Source of the DNA: Chrysomallon squamiferum
Lineage: Eukaryota > Animalia > Mollusca
Reading direction: 5' to 3'
Assembly: GCA_012295275.1 (NCBI GenBank)
Contig: CM022668.1
Span: forward strand, 372,001-436,000
DNA: 64,000 bases
Shown here: positions 48,323-61,459 of the stretch, in pieces
Layout of the letters: the number at the start of each line of letters is the position of its first letter
Numbering within the stretch: the first letter of the stretch is position 1
Position numbers and translations under genes: made by a program
Notes under the pieces: model-generated
The model's database searches: none
The model's input: only the letters and a program-made list of their open reading frames with translations
What the model was told of the DNA's origin: nothing

Positions 48323-51300
48323 TTTACTAAAAATTATTTAATAATTTGTAAACTGGAAAGTATCAGTGACAATAAAATATAAATAAAAATACCTTTAATA
48401 ATGTTTGCTCATTAGTGTCACCATCACAAGTCTGAAGTTTAAAACAGTTATAAAGTTAGTAAATATATCAGTAAACATGTAGTGAGTTATAGTATCTGTG
48501 TGTTTTCAATGTGTGATAACCTGGTCAATTTATATTTGTATCTATGGCACCTGTGTTTCTAGAAATGTTAGGCATGTATATGTGTGTATGTATACCAGTA
48601 ATCGATGGAAAACATGGATAAATAGTTCTAAAATTAACTTTACAAATCAGAACATATATTTCTAGGCTGTGTTGTTTATGCCTCTTTGTTGTTGTCTGCA
48701 GTCAAAATGAAACAATTGCTGTCATACCACAAAATTAATGCGATGAGTTTATTGTTACTTTGTGATCCTCAAAGTGCAGTATTTTGCTGGATATTGCTAG
48801 TAATCATCCCTGTAATTTGACTTCACTCAGACTGCCCATGTTTTGGAAGTCATAGGCAATGTTAACAACTGAGTTACATACAACTCTAACACCTGAGTCA
48901 CATACAACTCTAACACCTGAGTCACATACAACTCTAACACCTGAGTCACATACAACTCTAACACCTGAGTCACATACAACTCTAACACCTGAGTCACATA
49001 CAACTCTAACACCTGAGTCACATACAATTCTAACACCTGAGTCACATACAACTCTAACACCTGAGTCACATACAACTCTAACACCTGAGTTACATACAAC
49101 TCTAACACCTGAGTCACATACAACTCTAACACCTGAGTTACATACAACTCTAACACCTGAGTCACATACAACTCTAACACCTGAGTCACATACAACTCTA
49201 ACACCTGAGTCACATACAACTCTAACACCTGAGTCACATACAACTCTAACACCTGAGTCACATACAACTCTAACAACTGAGTCACATACAACTCTAACAC
49301 CTGAGTCACATACAACTCTAACAACTGAGTCACATACAACTCTAACACCTGAGTAACATACAACTCTAACACCTGAGTAACATACAACTCTAACACCTAT
49401 GTAACATACAACTCTAACACCTGTGTAACATACAACTCTAACAACTGAGTAACATACAACTCTAACACCTGAGTAACATACAACTCTAACACCTGAGTAA
49501 CATACAACTCTAACACCTGAGTAACATACAACTCTAACACCTGAGTTACATACAACTCTAACAACTGAGTAACATACAACTCTAACAACTGAGTAACATA
49601 CAACTCTAACACCTGAGTAACATACAACTCTAACACCTGAGTAACATACAACTCTAACAACTGAGTTACATACAACTCTAATAACTGAGTAACATACAAC
49701 TCTAATAACTGAGTAACATACAACTCTAACAACTGAGTAACATACAATCTAACACCTGAGTAACATACAACTCTAACAACTGAGTAACATACAACTCTAA
49801 CAACTGAGTAACATACAATCTAACACCTGAGTAACATACAACTCTAACAACTGAGTCACATGCAACTCCACCAGCTGAGTTACATACAACTCTAACACCT
49901 GAGTTACATACAACTCTAACAACTGAGTAACATACAACTCTAACAACTGAGTAACATACAACTCTAACACCTGAGTAACATACAACTCTAACAACTGAGT
50001 TACATACAACTCTAACACCTGAGTTACATACAACTCTAACAACTGAGTAACATACAACTCTAACAACTGAGTAACATACAACTCTAACACCTGAGTAACA
50101 TACAACTCTAACACCTGAGTAACATACAACTCTAACACCTGAGTTACATACAACTCTAACAACTGAGTTACATACAACTCTAATAACTGAGTAACATACA
50201 ACTCTAACACCTGAGTAACACACAACTCACACAACTATAACAACTGAGTAACACACAACTCTAACAACTGAGTAACATACAACTCTAACACCTGAGTAAC
50301 ACACAACTCACACAACTATAACAACTGAGTAACACACAACTCTAACAACTGAGTAACATACAACTCACACAACTCTAACAACTGAGTCACACACAACTCA
50401 CACAACTCTAACAACTGAGTAACATACAACTCTAACAAGTGAGTAACACACAACTCACACAACTCTAACAACTGAGTCACACACAACTCTAACAAGTGAG
50501 TAACACACAACTCACACAACTATAACAACTGAGTAACATACGTCAGTAACTCTCGAACTGTGATGGATGTAAGATGAAACTGATTTTGAGCAAACGGTGA
50601 TGTCTGTTCTGAGTGAACTCATAACATGGTATTTTGAGTAATAGATCAGAAACTATTTCAGTGCTCATTAATATGAAATATTATTTTTACAATCAGTAAT
50701 AAGCACATGAAAAATATATCGAATAGCAGTACATTAAAAAAATAGTATTCAGAGCAATATTTCATGTAATAGATAAAGTACTATTTTTATTAACTCAGTA
50801 ATTTACTATTAAATAATATTCTGAGTAATGACTAAATTTTGGTTTCAGTAATGATAAACAGCATTTAGAACATCTGATAAAAAAATAATTACTTGAATAA
50901 CTGATAACAAGTATTTTGATTATCTAACAAATAGTATTTTGACTAATTAATAAACAGTATATTGATTACCTGATAGTATCTGTTTTGAGTAACTGACAGT
51001 GCTATTTCAGTGATTAATTAATAACATTTTGAGTAAGTGATAAACAGTATTTAATGTAACTCATAAACAATATTCTGAGTATCTGGTAACACTATTTTGA
51101 GTTTTCTTACTTGAAAACTTACTGTGCTTGTCTGTTTATCATGATCAACACACAGCAAAGGCTGAAAAATAAATTAAAGTGATTTAAGTAAATAAAAATA
51201 TAAGCCTGCATGTATAAACTGAATTTATTTTTAACTATGATAATGATATATAGGTGTCTCTCTGTGTGTATGTATGGGTATGTAAATGTTTATTTACCAA

Positions 51301-51517
51301 CAAATTATTTAACAATTTGTAAACTGGAAAGTATCAGTAACAGTAAAATATGAATTAAAATACCTCAGATAATGTTTGCTCCTTAGTGTCACCATCACAA
51401 GTCTGAAGTTTGAAACAGTTATAAAATTAGTAAATATATCAGTAAATGTGTAGGCAATGAAAAAAGTGAGTTGTAGTATCTGTAGTATCTGTGTTTTTAT
51501 GTATAAATAGTTTACAT

Positions 51518-51564
<47 letters not shown>

Positions 51565-54500
51565 CACTGATAATTATCTGTACAATTGTCATTATCATTA
51601 TTTTTATCATAATAATCAACATTAAATAAGTTATTATCGCTAAACTATCCAAAGCAAACTTAAAAAAGACAACTAAAAAGAAAAAGAAAAGAAGAACAAA
51701 GAAACAAATTCCTCTGATACCGTAATTCTAATTTGTGAGTAGTTTCCTAACTGAACACACTGTGTTCCGCTACTGTTCACTATGTTGATCACTGTCTCTT
51801 GATCTGAATATCAAAATTACAACAACTGTTAATTATATTTTCCTCTTAAATAAGAAAAAAGAAAAATAACATCCACATTTTTTCAATATCCTAGAAATGT
51901 TTCGTTACAAATTAACAATACTTTACAATCTTTTTAATAGAGAATTTTTATGGCAACACTATATTTTAAGATATTTATACTAAAATACATTTTTGGTGTC
52001 AAACACTGACTTACACTCAGAGACACACCAGTTCATATATATAAATGTATAATATGGTAATATCAATATATACATAAATACAGCATCTTTAGTTTCCACT
52101 TATTTCCTTACCATTATCCTTCTTACCTTTTCTAGAATCAGATGCTTTGTCTGTCTTGAAACCTCCTGAAATTTGAAACATAAATATTTTAACATTATGC
52201 ATATTCTGATATTTAAAAAAACATGCTGACGGAAGCCATTAAACTGGAAGTACACTATTTATATAAATTCAAAATGGCTGCCAGCAAGTCCTGTAGAGAC
52301 CATTATCTCTTAAACAGCCTGCTCTAGACCCCATAAATGTATTACTGGCAGATAGGACAGTGTCATTAAAGAACAAAAATGTTCCTTCAAAATTTTTGTG
52401 TGGCATCGCAGACAGCAGATAAGATGCAGGTGACATGAAACACACAATTTATGGTGACAAATGATCCGAGATTTTATTTTTGGGTGCCAGAGATCAAAAT
52501 ATCAGTATACCAGCTGGATATGTTATAATATCTGAATTTTTACTTATTTCCTTACCTTTATCCTTCTTATCTTTTTTAGCACAAAATGTTTTAATCCTCT
52601 TGAAACCTCCTGAAATTTAAAAAGTAAATATTTTTACATTATATCTACTCTGATATTTTAAAAATGTGTTGATGGAAGTGTTTCAACTGCAAGTACAAAA
52701 TTTGTATAAATTCAAAATGGCTGCCACCAAGTCCTGCAGAGGCCATAAATGAATTACTGGCAGATAGGAAAGTGAAATTAAAGAACCAAAATATGCTTTC
52801 CAAATTTTTGTGTGGCACTGCTGACAGCAGTAATTGACATGAATGACACAATTTATCTGGACAAATGATCACCACTGTAATGTATGAACTTAGGTCAACT
52901 TTCTTTCCTGCCTCTGTTCAGATCATCTCTTATCTCAGTGCTGTTATTCAATCATTTACATGTTAGAACACAAGCAGTTTCATTCACTTTTACATATACA
53001 ATGCTGACCCATCATTAGAGGCACAGAGGGGGATGGCATAAATGCTTATATTTTCAAGGACCTCTTGTTACACTTATTCCGAATCTTCATGTTCAGCATC
53101 AACAGTAACACAAGCAGTATTACTCCATAATGAACCAGTTGTGTAGAGTATCACAGTCTTCAATTTTATTCATGAGATACTTTCGTATCCATATTTGTCA
53201 GACACAGACATGTATTCAGTATTTATTTCTGAACCCATTCAAACCTGGTTTGAAAAGAAAACCTTTGTAAGTGATGTTTCTCTGAATCTAAACAAACTTC
53301 ACACAGGTGGCCATTTTTTCTTAAACCTTCTGAAAAAACAACTTTGAGATCTGAGAAAAGGTACCAAAGGGATTCAGGCAGAAACCTTAAATTAAATTCA
53401 AGTGATCTTAACTGAAATGAGAGTGTTGAGTATTCAATTTGTGCAGTAATTTTAATCATCCTTTGCTTTTTAGCATGCTCATTGTCTCTCTGGAACATCA
53501 TAATTATGTCATTCTGAAGGCACATTTTTGTTCACCAATAATACATTTTATGCACTTTTTTTTACCCAAAATCATCAGAACTTTATGTAGATATTCAGAT
53601 TGCCCTGCTCTCAAGTCTAACCAGAAGCAGCCATTTTGTTACAGGATATGCCATTTTTGGCATACATCTAATGGACTAGTTACAAAATAAATGTTTAATT
53701 AAGAAGTTAGATATTCTTACCTTTTTTATAACATATTACTCCAAAAGTGATAAATGCAACAACAATAACAGTGATGATACCAGCAATCAGACCAACAGTA
53801 TTAGTTCTTTCTTCTGTTTCTAAATAAAATTGAAGAAGTATTTAAATATTAATTGAAAAATGTTTTCAACATAAATAATAAATAATTAAAAAAGGTAATT
53901 ATCAAATTCCTGTTAAAAAATGAACTGAAAAGAACTGAATGTTTTTTGCATAAAACCAGAACATGAATAAAGTGATTTGTCTATTTCTAATAAATATTAC
54001 AAACTATTAAAAAATATATATATTTTATAATATCAGTGCTGGGAAAATGTTCTCTTTTTACCAGTCTTGACCAATTTGTGATCATTGGGCTGATGTTATT
54101 TTTGAAAAACATTGTTTACTGGTAATATTTTAAAAATATTTTTGATCAAAAGCATGCCATCATTTCTGTAATTAAAATAATTTTATTTCTAAACAGTCAC
54201 AACAAATTAAACACTTTGAACAACTCCCACATTTACTGCATACATCTGTCAGTAGTGTTTTCTTTGTTAACATGAAATGAACATTGTATTAACGGAGTTA
54301 ACATTTTGAATTAAGACTGACTCTGATGTATTCAAGTCAACACTCTCAGGTATTTCCTACAATGGTGATTACAAGCTGTGTGGAAAAAAAATAAAATAAA
54401 ATAAAAAGAATTCACTAAGATAGGCACCAGTTTATCTGCTTTATATTTCTTTTTGGAGCAGGAATTAGCCTAAACCTTGATTTCTTAAAACATGTAGATG

Positions 54501-55933
54501 ATACTGCTGCTCACAGTCATTAAGGGTTTGAGATAAGATATTTAATAACACTAAAAATTAATGTCATATATTTAAGTAAGAATTTATCATCATCCAGTCA
54601 TTGTTCATGTTATTAGTAGTTGTGCCATCAGTTTCTGTCAAATCCACTTAACCATTCAACCAACAAAACATTTGACATTTATTAACATTCAACATGATGT
54701 CTCTTTACATGCACACAAATAGATATATAGACAGACAAACAGAGATCAATAGACAGACTGACAGACAGATAAAAAATAAAAAAGAGAGATAACAAAAGGT
54801 AAAGAAGTTTGATATTACCAGATACTGATGGCTTTCTGGTTGTCCTGAAGAAGAAAAAGAAAAAAAAAATGTCAGTCAACAAATTCTAAAATATTTACTA
54901 TGAAAATGGTATTTTTCAGTATCTTAATCACATGTCTGTATGTAAATTAACTATCTTAACAGACATTACATACATAAACTATGTACAAACCTATACCTAC
55001 AGAAACAATGTTCACATTAATTCTATCACTTCATCTACAACAAAATATGTACATATTCATGCATGCATAAACACACACATACAAAAAACAACAACAAACC
55101 CTTCAGTCTCTGCTGTTGATTTTTCAGCTGTTTTTTCAGTTGTTGTAGTATCAAGAACACAGTGAAAACCTTTAAATAAACAAAAACCAAATTCAAAAAC
55201 CAGTACATGTTAAAATTGGTTTTATTTTATTTATTTATTTTTGTACAACTAATGTCAAACTATAAACATTTTCAAGTTGATAACAGAAATTAATAAAACA
55301 GTAATGTATACATATAAATATGTTTTTAATTAAAGTTAATAACACCACAATAATACAACAAGCCAGTCATTTGAACAAAAATGTATTTAGACTACTTATT
55401 ACATTACATTTATGTGTCACACATTATTATTTTATTTCAGTAAAGGTTAATAATATCAGTGTAAATCTTTTTCCAGTACAGAACTTTGTCTTCAACATGG
55501 AGTTTGCCTATTTTTAATAATCAGGTTTTACAAGATAAAACTCACTTGAATTGAGTTTCCCTTCACAATTACTTTTTAAGCACTGGCATGGTTCATTGAA
55601 GGTAAAACAGTGACAGTTTTCTGGTGATGGGGCATACTGTTGTTGATAGTCACAGCTACACTTTGTGTCCTCTATAGGTGTACCCTCCTTACACATCTTT
55701 TTGCCATTCGTTTCACATGTCCTGTGTCGGTGGCTGCACACAGGAAAGATAAACGAGTATGATGCTCTCCCCACTGGCTGATAGGACCCGGCAGGACACA
55801 ATTCACACTTAATAGCCTCATCTGGATAGAGTCTAGCATACGATCCTGAAAATAAAATAGTAAAAACATATTTTAAATACATGTTTATGTGCATGTGCAT
55901 ATGTATGTATGTCTGTATGTGTGTGTATGTATG

Positions 55934-55967
<34 letters not shown>

Positions 55968-56306
55968 TGTGTGTATGTATGTATGTATAGACAGATTGAC
56001 AGACAGGCAGACACAAAAAGAAGTAGATATACACTACTAACCTGGAGCACACTCTCGTGGCTGGTGACAAAATGAAATAACGCTGGAATCACCAGACTCC
56101 TGACAATGCAGTCTGTCAGTCTTCTGACAAAATTTCCACTCCAGACTCTTGTACTGTTGTGTTCCTACAGCTGGGCAGTAGTCTAAACCTAACACATTAA
56201 CACAATCCAAGTTCTCAACACACAAAACTACTACAAGAAACAATACACAGACTATTTCACCTGAACAACTCTTCCATTTTGTCTGGACAAACATCACTGA
56301 TTGCAT
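47588..56306 (-). CDS. TNF receptor superfamily-like protein, copy C (~318-336 aa), RHIM-like tail
   Basis: Exons 56306-56042, 55845-55546, 55169-55100, 54844-54819, 53819-53721, 52609-52556 and/or 52165-52127, 51803-51721, 51161-51123, 47623-47588. All GT-AG and in frame. Confidence 0.85.
48863..50541. repeat. Intronic 24-bp minisatellite, ~1.7 kb
   Basis: Same unit as 6394-11790, but more regular. Confidence 0.97.
51721..51803 (-). other. RHIM-like motif exon of copy C
   Basis: Encodes DQETVINIVNSSGTQCVQLGNYSQIRIT, with VQLG at 51756-51745. Confidence 0.78.
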
Positions 56307-57269
56307 GTATAGTTGTCACTTTTTACACAATCAATTGTAACTTTTTACATGTGCATATACAAATTAAATATTTTTGTTTTTTCTTTTTGTTCTGTGTGTT
56401 GTCAGATGACAGTATTCTGGAAACACAAGAATATATTCTTCAGTCAGTTATTCCTACAAGAAAATAATAATAAATATTATGTTATGATTAATATTAAGAA
56501 TCAAATTTAATTATATTGGTATTTTAGAAATTATTTTTGACAGAAAGGATTATTTTGTTAAAATAGATATGTTGTCCTTCCAGTTCATCATGCAGAGACT
56601 TCTTTGTTAACTGCTGTACACACACACTCAATGTGATGGGAGAATGATCACTATAAAAACAGGAAGATAATATACAATAAGAAACAAAACTGCAATTTGG
56701 GTTGCAGATTTGGCTTAAATATATTTCATTAAAATGAGTAGACTATGACTACTACTACTACAACTACTGTTTAGTTACATATATATTAACAGTAAATTAC
56801 AAACCTGTTCAAAATATAAGTCGTCTGATTAGAAGTTAAGGAAATATTTCAAAATGACTAGTAACTTCCATTACTAAGCCAAAGTAATTACCAGGAAATA
56901 TATTTAAAAATAAACATGATTACTACATTGGGTCATTGTCAGGAACACAGACAATATTATTTCTGTTCAGATGGTGACACTGATTGTGTGGGGTGTTACT
57001 GACATCACTACTTACAACATTGTACATTTTTTATATTTATGTGTATTTGTTAATTTACATGTGTTGGTATTTGTATCTTCATAATAACATTAATTTTCTT
57101 CTTTAGAAATTAGTGTCTCAGTGATGATATGTCTTTAATATAACCAAAATAATAATAATAATTACAGGAAGTTCATGTGTATATGTAATGAAAAGGCTTA
57201 TGGTTCAATTATTATTAATGTGTTATGTATATATAAAGGATTTTAACAGAGACTTTAATACCAGGTAAT

Positions 57270-58160
57270 TAGTTGAAAAAGTATTTAAATATTAATTAAA
57301 AATGTTTTCAAATTTACCAGCAACATAAATAATAATTAAAAAATGTAATACCAAATTCATGTAAATCATGAACTGAAAAAGAACTGAATGTGAATTTTCA
57401 CTCTAAAAGAAGAACACGAGGAAACTGATTTGTTTATTTCTAATAAGCATTAGAAACTATTAAAAAAATATATATATTTTATAATATCAGTGCTGGGAAA
57501 ATGTATTTTTTTTTACCGATCTTGACCCTTTTGTGATCTTTGGGGCTAAGGTTATTTTTAAAAAACATTGTTTACTTGTCATATTACTGGAGAGAGAGAG
57601 AGAGAGAGAGAGAGATCAAAAAAAAAAAAAAAAGAGATATAACAAAAGTTACAGAAGTTTTGTGTTACCAGATATGAATGGCTTTCTGGTTGTCTTGAAA
57701 AATAATATTAAGAAAAACATAATTGTCAGTCAACACATTTTAGAATATTTTCAGCATCTTAATTATATCTCTGTATGTAAATTAACTATCTTACACACAC
57801 ATTACATATACAAACACATACACATACTATGTACAAAGCTATACATACACAATATACACATTAATGCTATCACTTTATCTATAATAAAATAGATACATGT
57901 TCATGCATGCATACAAACATAAGTAGTCTCTGTTGTTGATTTTTCAGTTGTTGGTTTGTCAGTGGTTGTAGTATCAAGAACACAGTGAAAGCCTTGAAAT
58001 AAACAAAAACTAAATTTAAAAACCAGTACATGTTAAAATTAGTGTTATTTTATTTATTTACTTTTTAACAACTAACATCAAACTATAAACATTTTTAGTT
58101 GATAACTGAAATGAATAAAGCAGTAATATATACATATAAAAATGTTTTTAATTTATGTTT
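57270..58160 (-). pseudogene. Orphan stalk-exon duplicate in intron 1 of copy C
   Basis: Duplicate of 19540-20427. Confidence 0.7.
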
Positions 58161-59067
58161 TATACCATGTAATTAGTTCTTGTTAACACAATCAGTAGAA
58201 ATGATAACGGGCAGATATATTAGTATTAGTATGCAAGGTGTCCAAGTGCCTGAAATAAACATGAGATCACATCCATTAATCTGTTGTCAACTAGGTGTTT
58301 ATGTGTTCAAAGACAACAGAACCCCTGCTATTTAATAAACAATGAACTTAAAATTCCAAAATGAAGTTAATTACATTTGTTAATGATTACTTTTAACACA
58401 TGGGTTTGGGTGAAACTGATATCAATTAAAACTGAATGAACTGCAAGATGTTCTTAAGTGATTTAATAATCACCTATTTTATATTGATAGACTATTTCAT
58501 TAGTATCAAACTGAGTAGAACTATATTAATGGCATTACCAGTTTCATATTATGTTACTTCTACTTGAACATATGATAACAGTATGGATAGAGAATGATAT
58601 CATGTATAATAATATGGATAGGAGTTTTACTTATGGATAACTCCTCAAAGAGGACATGACTAATGAACTTTGGCTGTTGATATAAATATTTAAATGAATG
58701 TAATAGACGGGTTCCAAGTGATGTCACAAAAAGGAAGTTGGCTATCTTTGGCACAATGAAAGTGTTTGTTACTTATCAATCACAGTGAGGCATGGCATAC
58801 AAGAGAAGTTGTACAATGCCAAAGAAAAAATAATGTTATTGTAACGTTGAGGAGGTTACAACAGATCAGTGTGATGTAGAAAAAATCCACTATTATGTCA
58901 TTCCAGCTATAAAAAAACATCAAGGTGAAAAAATTGAGGAACTGAGCAGTGATTATGGCTACAAAGTTGAATTAAAACATAGTTTACAAAAATCTAGCAA
59001 ATGTTCAAATTTGTTCAGAACATTTTATAAACAGCATATATTTTTCAGCAGTAGTAGCATCATTACA

Positions 59068-59101
<34 letters not shown>

Positions 59102-59269
59102 ATACATACATACTTTTTTGCATGTTTAAACAATTGTTTTCCATGATAAGCAATAATTAAAGTCTTGTGTGTGTGTATATAAACAAAAAGATATTTCACA
59201 TTTACAGTTTGAGGATACTTTTCAGAAGTAATTTATGTCATGATTATGAATATGAAGACTTTGAACAAT

Positions 59270-59545
59270 TGAGAAAAACAATGCCAATGCAGTTTTGCAA
59301 AAGTAGCCATAATTATACACTATTTTGAGATTTTCATTAAAAGACCCTCAAACATACTGACAAGGGCACAAAGTTGATCGAGTGAGAAACACCACAACAC
59401 AGCTAAATATCTGACTGGCATTATCCCTCAAGCATCTATTGCTTTCACATCTCTAGGGTGGGTAGGGCATGTTAGTGACAAATATATTACTGAGCATTGT
59501 TCCTTTCTATCAGACATCATACCTGGTGATATTATTTCGGCTGTC
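59270..59545 (+). mobile_element. ISL2EU/PIF-Harbinger-type (DDE_Tnp_4) transposase pseudogene fragment
   Basis: [68 protein letters not shown] matches the family pattern KHHNT.K.LIG..P.G.I.F.S.GWGG..SDK.IT..CGFL..L.PGD. Confidence 0.8.
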
Positions 59546-60648
59546 ACTGAATTCAAATTGCCTAACAAATTGTTACTACAATCACATCCACGCTTTTTAT
59601 TTTTATGCCATGGAATTGAAATTGCATAACTAATTGTAACTAGAATGGAATGGAATGGAAAAAAATTAACGTGCTAATCAGAGCTAGCTGTTGTGAAGCA
59701 TGTCTGCGACGGGCACGCTTTCTGACAGGTCAGCGGGCGTGTCCGTCGCTTAACTAGAATCACATCCACGGTCTTTTATTGTAGCTGCCAATTTTTTCTA
59801 ACTCCATGGTGTTGTTATAAAAAGGGCTGGCGTTTGGCAATTAAGCAGCGAAGGAAAAGGGCAACACATTTTTTTGTTTTGTTTTTTGACACAAAAACAA
59901 ACAACAATTCTATGAATTTATTGACTTACAGATTGATCGGTTGAACAGCCGGTGGATCTACGGATGGAATGGCTGATTGACGGATCAATTTGAGTGGCCA
60001 ATTAAATTAATAATTAAAAACAAAACTATACGTGCTGTACTTTCAGACCATACTAACTCGTATTTTTTTTTTTTTAATTCTTCTCTTGTACATAATAAAT
60101 ATAAATAAGTTCATGTTCTTATTCCTAGCTGCAAATATTTATAACATCTTTTAAATTAAAACAGAAAAATAAAATAAAATAAAATAAAATGTAAATAAGT
60201 TAACTATACTCTTGTTATTCTTTTTAGTTACAGGTGTTCACAGCATCCTTTTAATCAATAAAAAGACCATTGGCAACAAAAAAAAAAGAGAAAAAAAGTT
60301 GGAATTGTTGGACCAGAAGAAGGCAGCCAAAAAGAACAAAGAAATATCAGCACCAGCCGACAAGAGGACAAACAAACAGGACACAACCAACACAGACCCG
60401 GTGATGACTAGGAGAGCTTCAACGAGCCAGACAAGTACTTGAAACAAGGAGCGGATAACGTGTACGAAACCTCGGAACCAGTTCATTACGATCCGATATG
60501 CTGGACACTCCCTTGTGTCCTGCAATCGTAACGAGAACCCACTCAAACATATGTTTTATGATTGTATAATGTATTATCAAGTCATCTGAATATCATAATT
60601 AAATAATTAACATGAAATATAACTTGTGTTGTGTTTATTTCTCTAGTG

Positions 60649-61038
60649 CAGTGATTCTCAACCGCCGTGTCGCGAAACTTTGTGACGAACACCTGAAAAC
60701 ACGGACAATGTGCACAAATCTCCGTTTCATGTTCTACTAATATGCCTTGGAGGAAGGAACTTCCTTTCTCCAGTGAATATGCACACATTCAAAGTGCACC
60801 AATCAGTGGCGGCCACCAACCTTTGCACCTTTCGCTCAAGGTCGATCAGTTGCCCATGAGACGTCAGTGTGATAGGTTGTGTGTGTGGTGTTGTTCCGCA
60901 CTGGTCGTGTGTGAGCGTGCGTAATGCCGATTGCCGAATTAACGATCTCATCATATAATATTTAAAATTATTACTGTGTCGCGACAGTTTCATGCGTTCG
61001 TAGGTATGTCGAGAGTAAAAAAAGGTTGAGAAACACTG
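60649..61038. mobile_element. Non-autonomous hAT (Charlie-like) MITE, 390 bp
   Basis: Same TIRs as 21781-22170. TSD CTCTAGTG at 60641-60648 and 61039-61046. Confidence 0.92.
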
Positions 61039-61448
61039 CTCTAGTGGATAGACAGACTTATTGATTTATATAGATTTAGCGTTAATATTCCTTGTTAGCT
61101 GGCCCTTAAAGCACCTTGTTACCCTAGGCTGAGCCTTAATAAAATATCTAAGATGTTTAATGGTGTGGGCCCCATGACAACAGCATATAGGGGTTTGGCA
61201 TATCGGACACATTGGGAAGTGTATCATACACTGTATGTGCTAGGACAGTGATTTTGTGAGCGACATATTTATAAATATAAATATAATATAATGAGTAACT
61301 AATGATAACTAATAATATAAATATTACCTACAATTTCACATTATCCAGATTTCCTCCCGTTACAATAGTAACAAATAATAAACAATAAATAGCTATACAG
61401 AGAGAATTCGGGTTATTTCTGATATTTTCATATTCTGTCTTCCCAGTT

Positions 61449-61459
61449 GGGGATTACCC
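61449..61459. promoter_or_regulatory. Variant kB-like site GGGGATTACCC upstream of copy C
   Basis: One substitution relative to the copy A site, at the equivalent position. Confidence 0.45.

Noticed and set aside
48859-49356. Mucin-like (TTLTPESH)n ORF
   Set aside because: Antisense to the gene, no ATG start or signal peptide, and open only where the GAGTCA/GAGTTA variants remove the TAA found in most units and in copy A.
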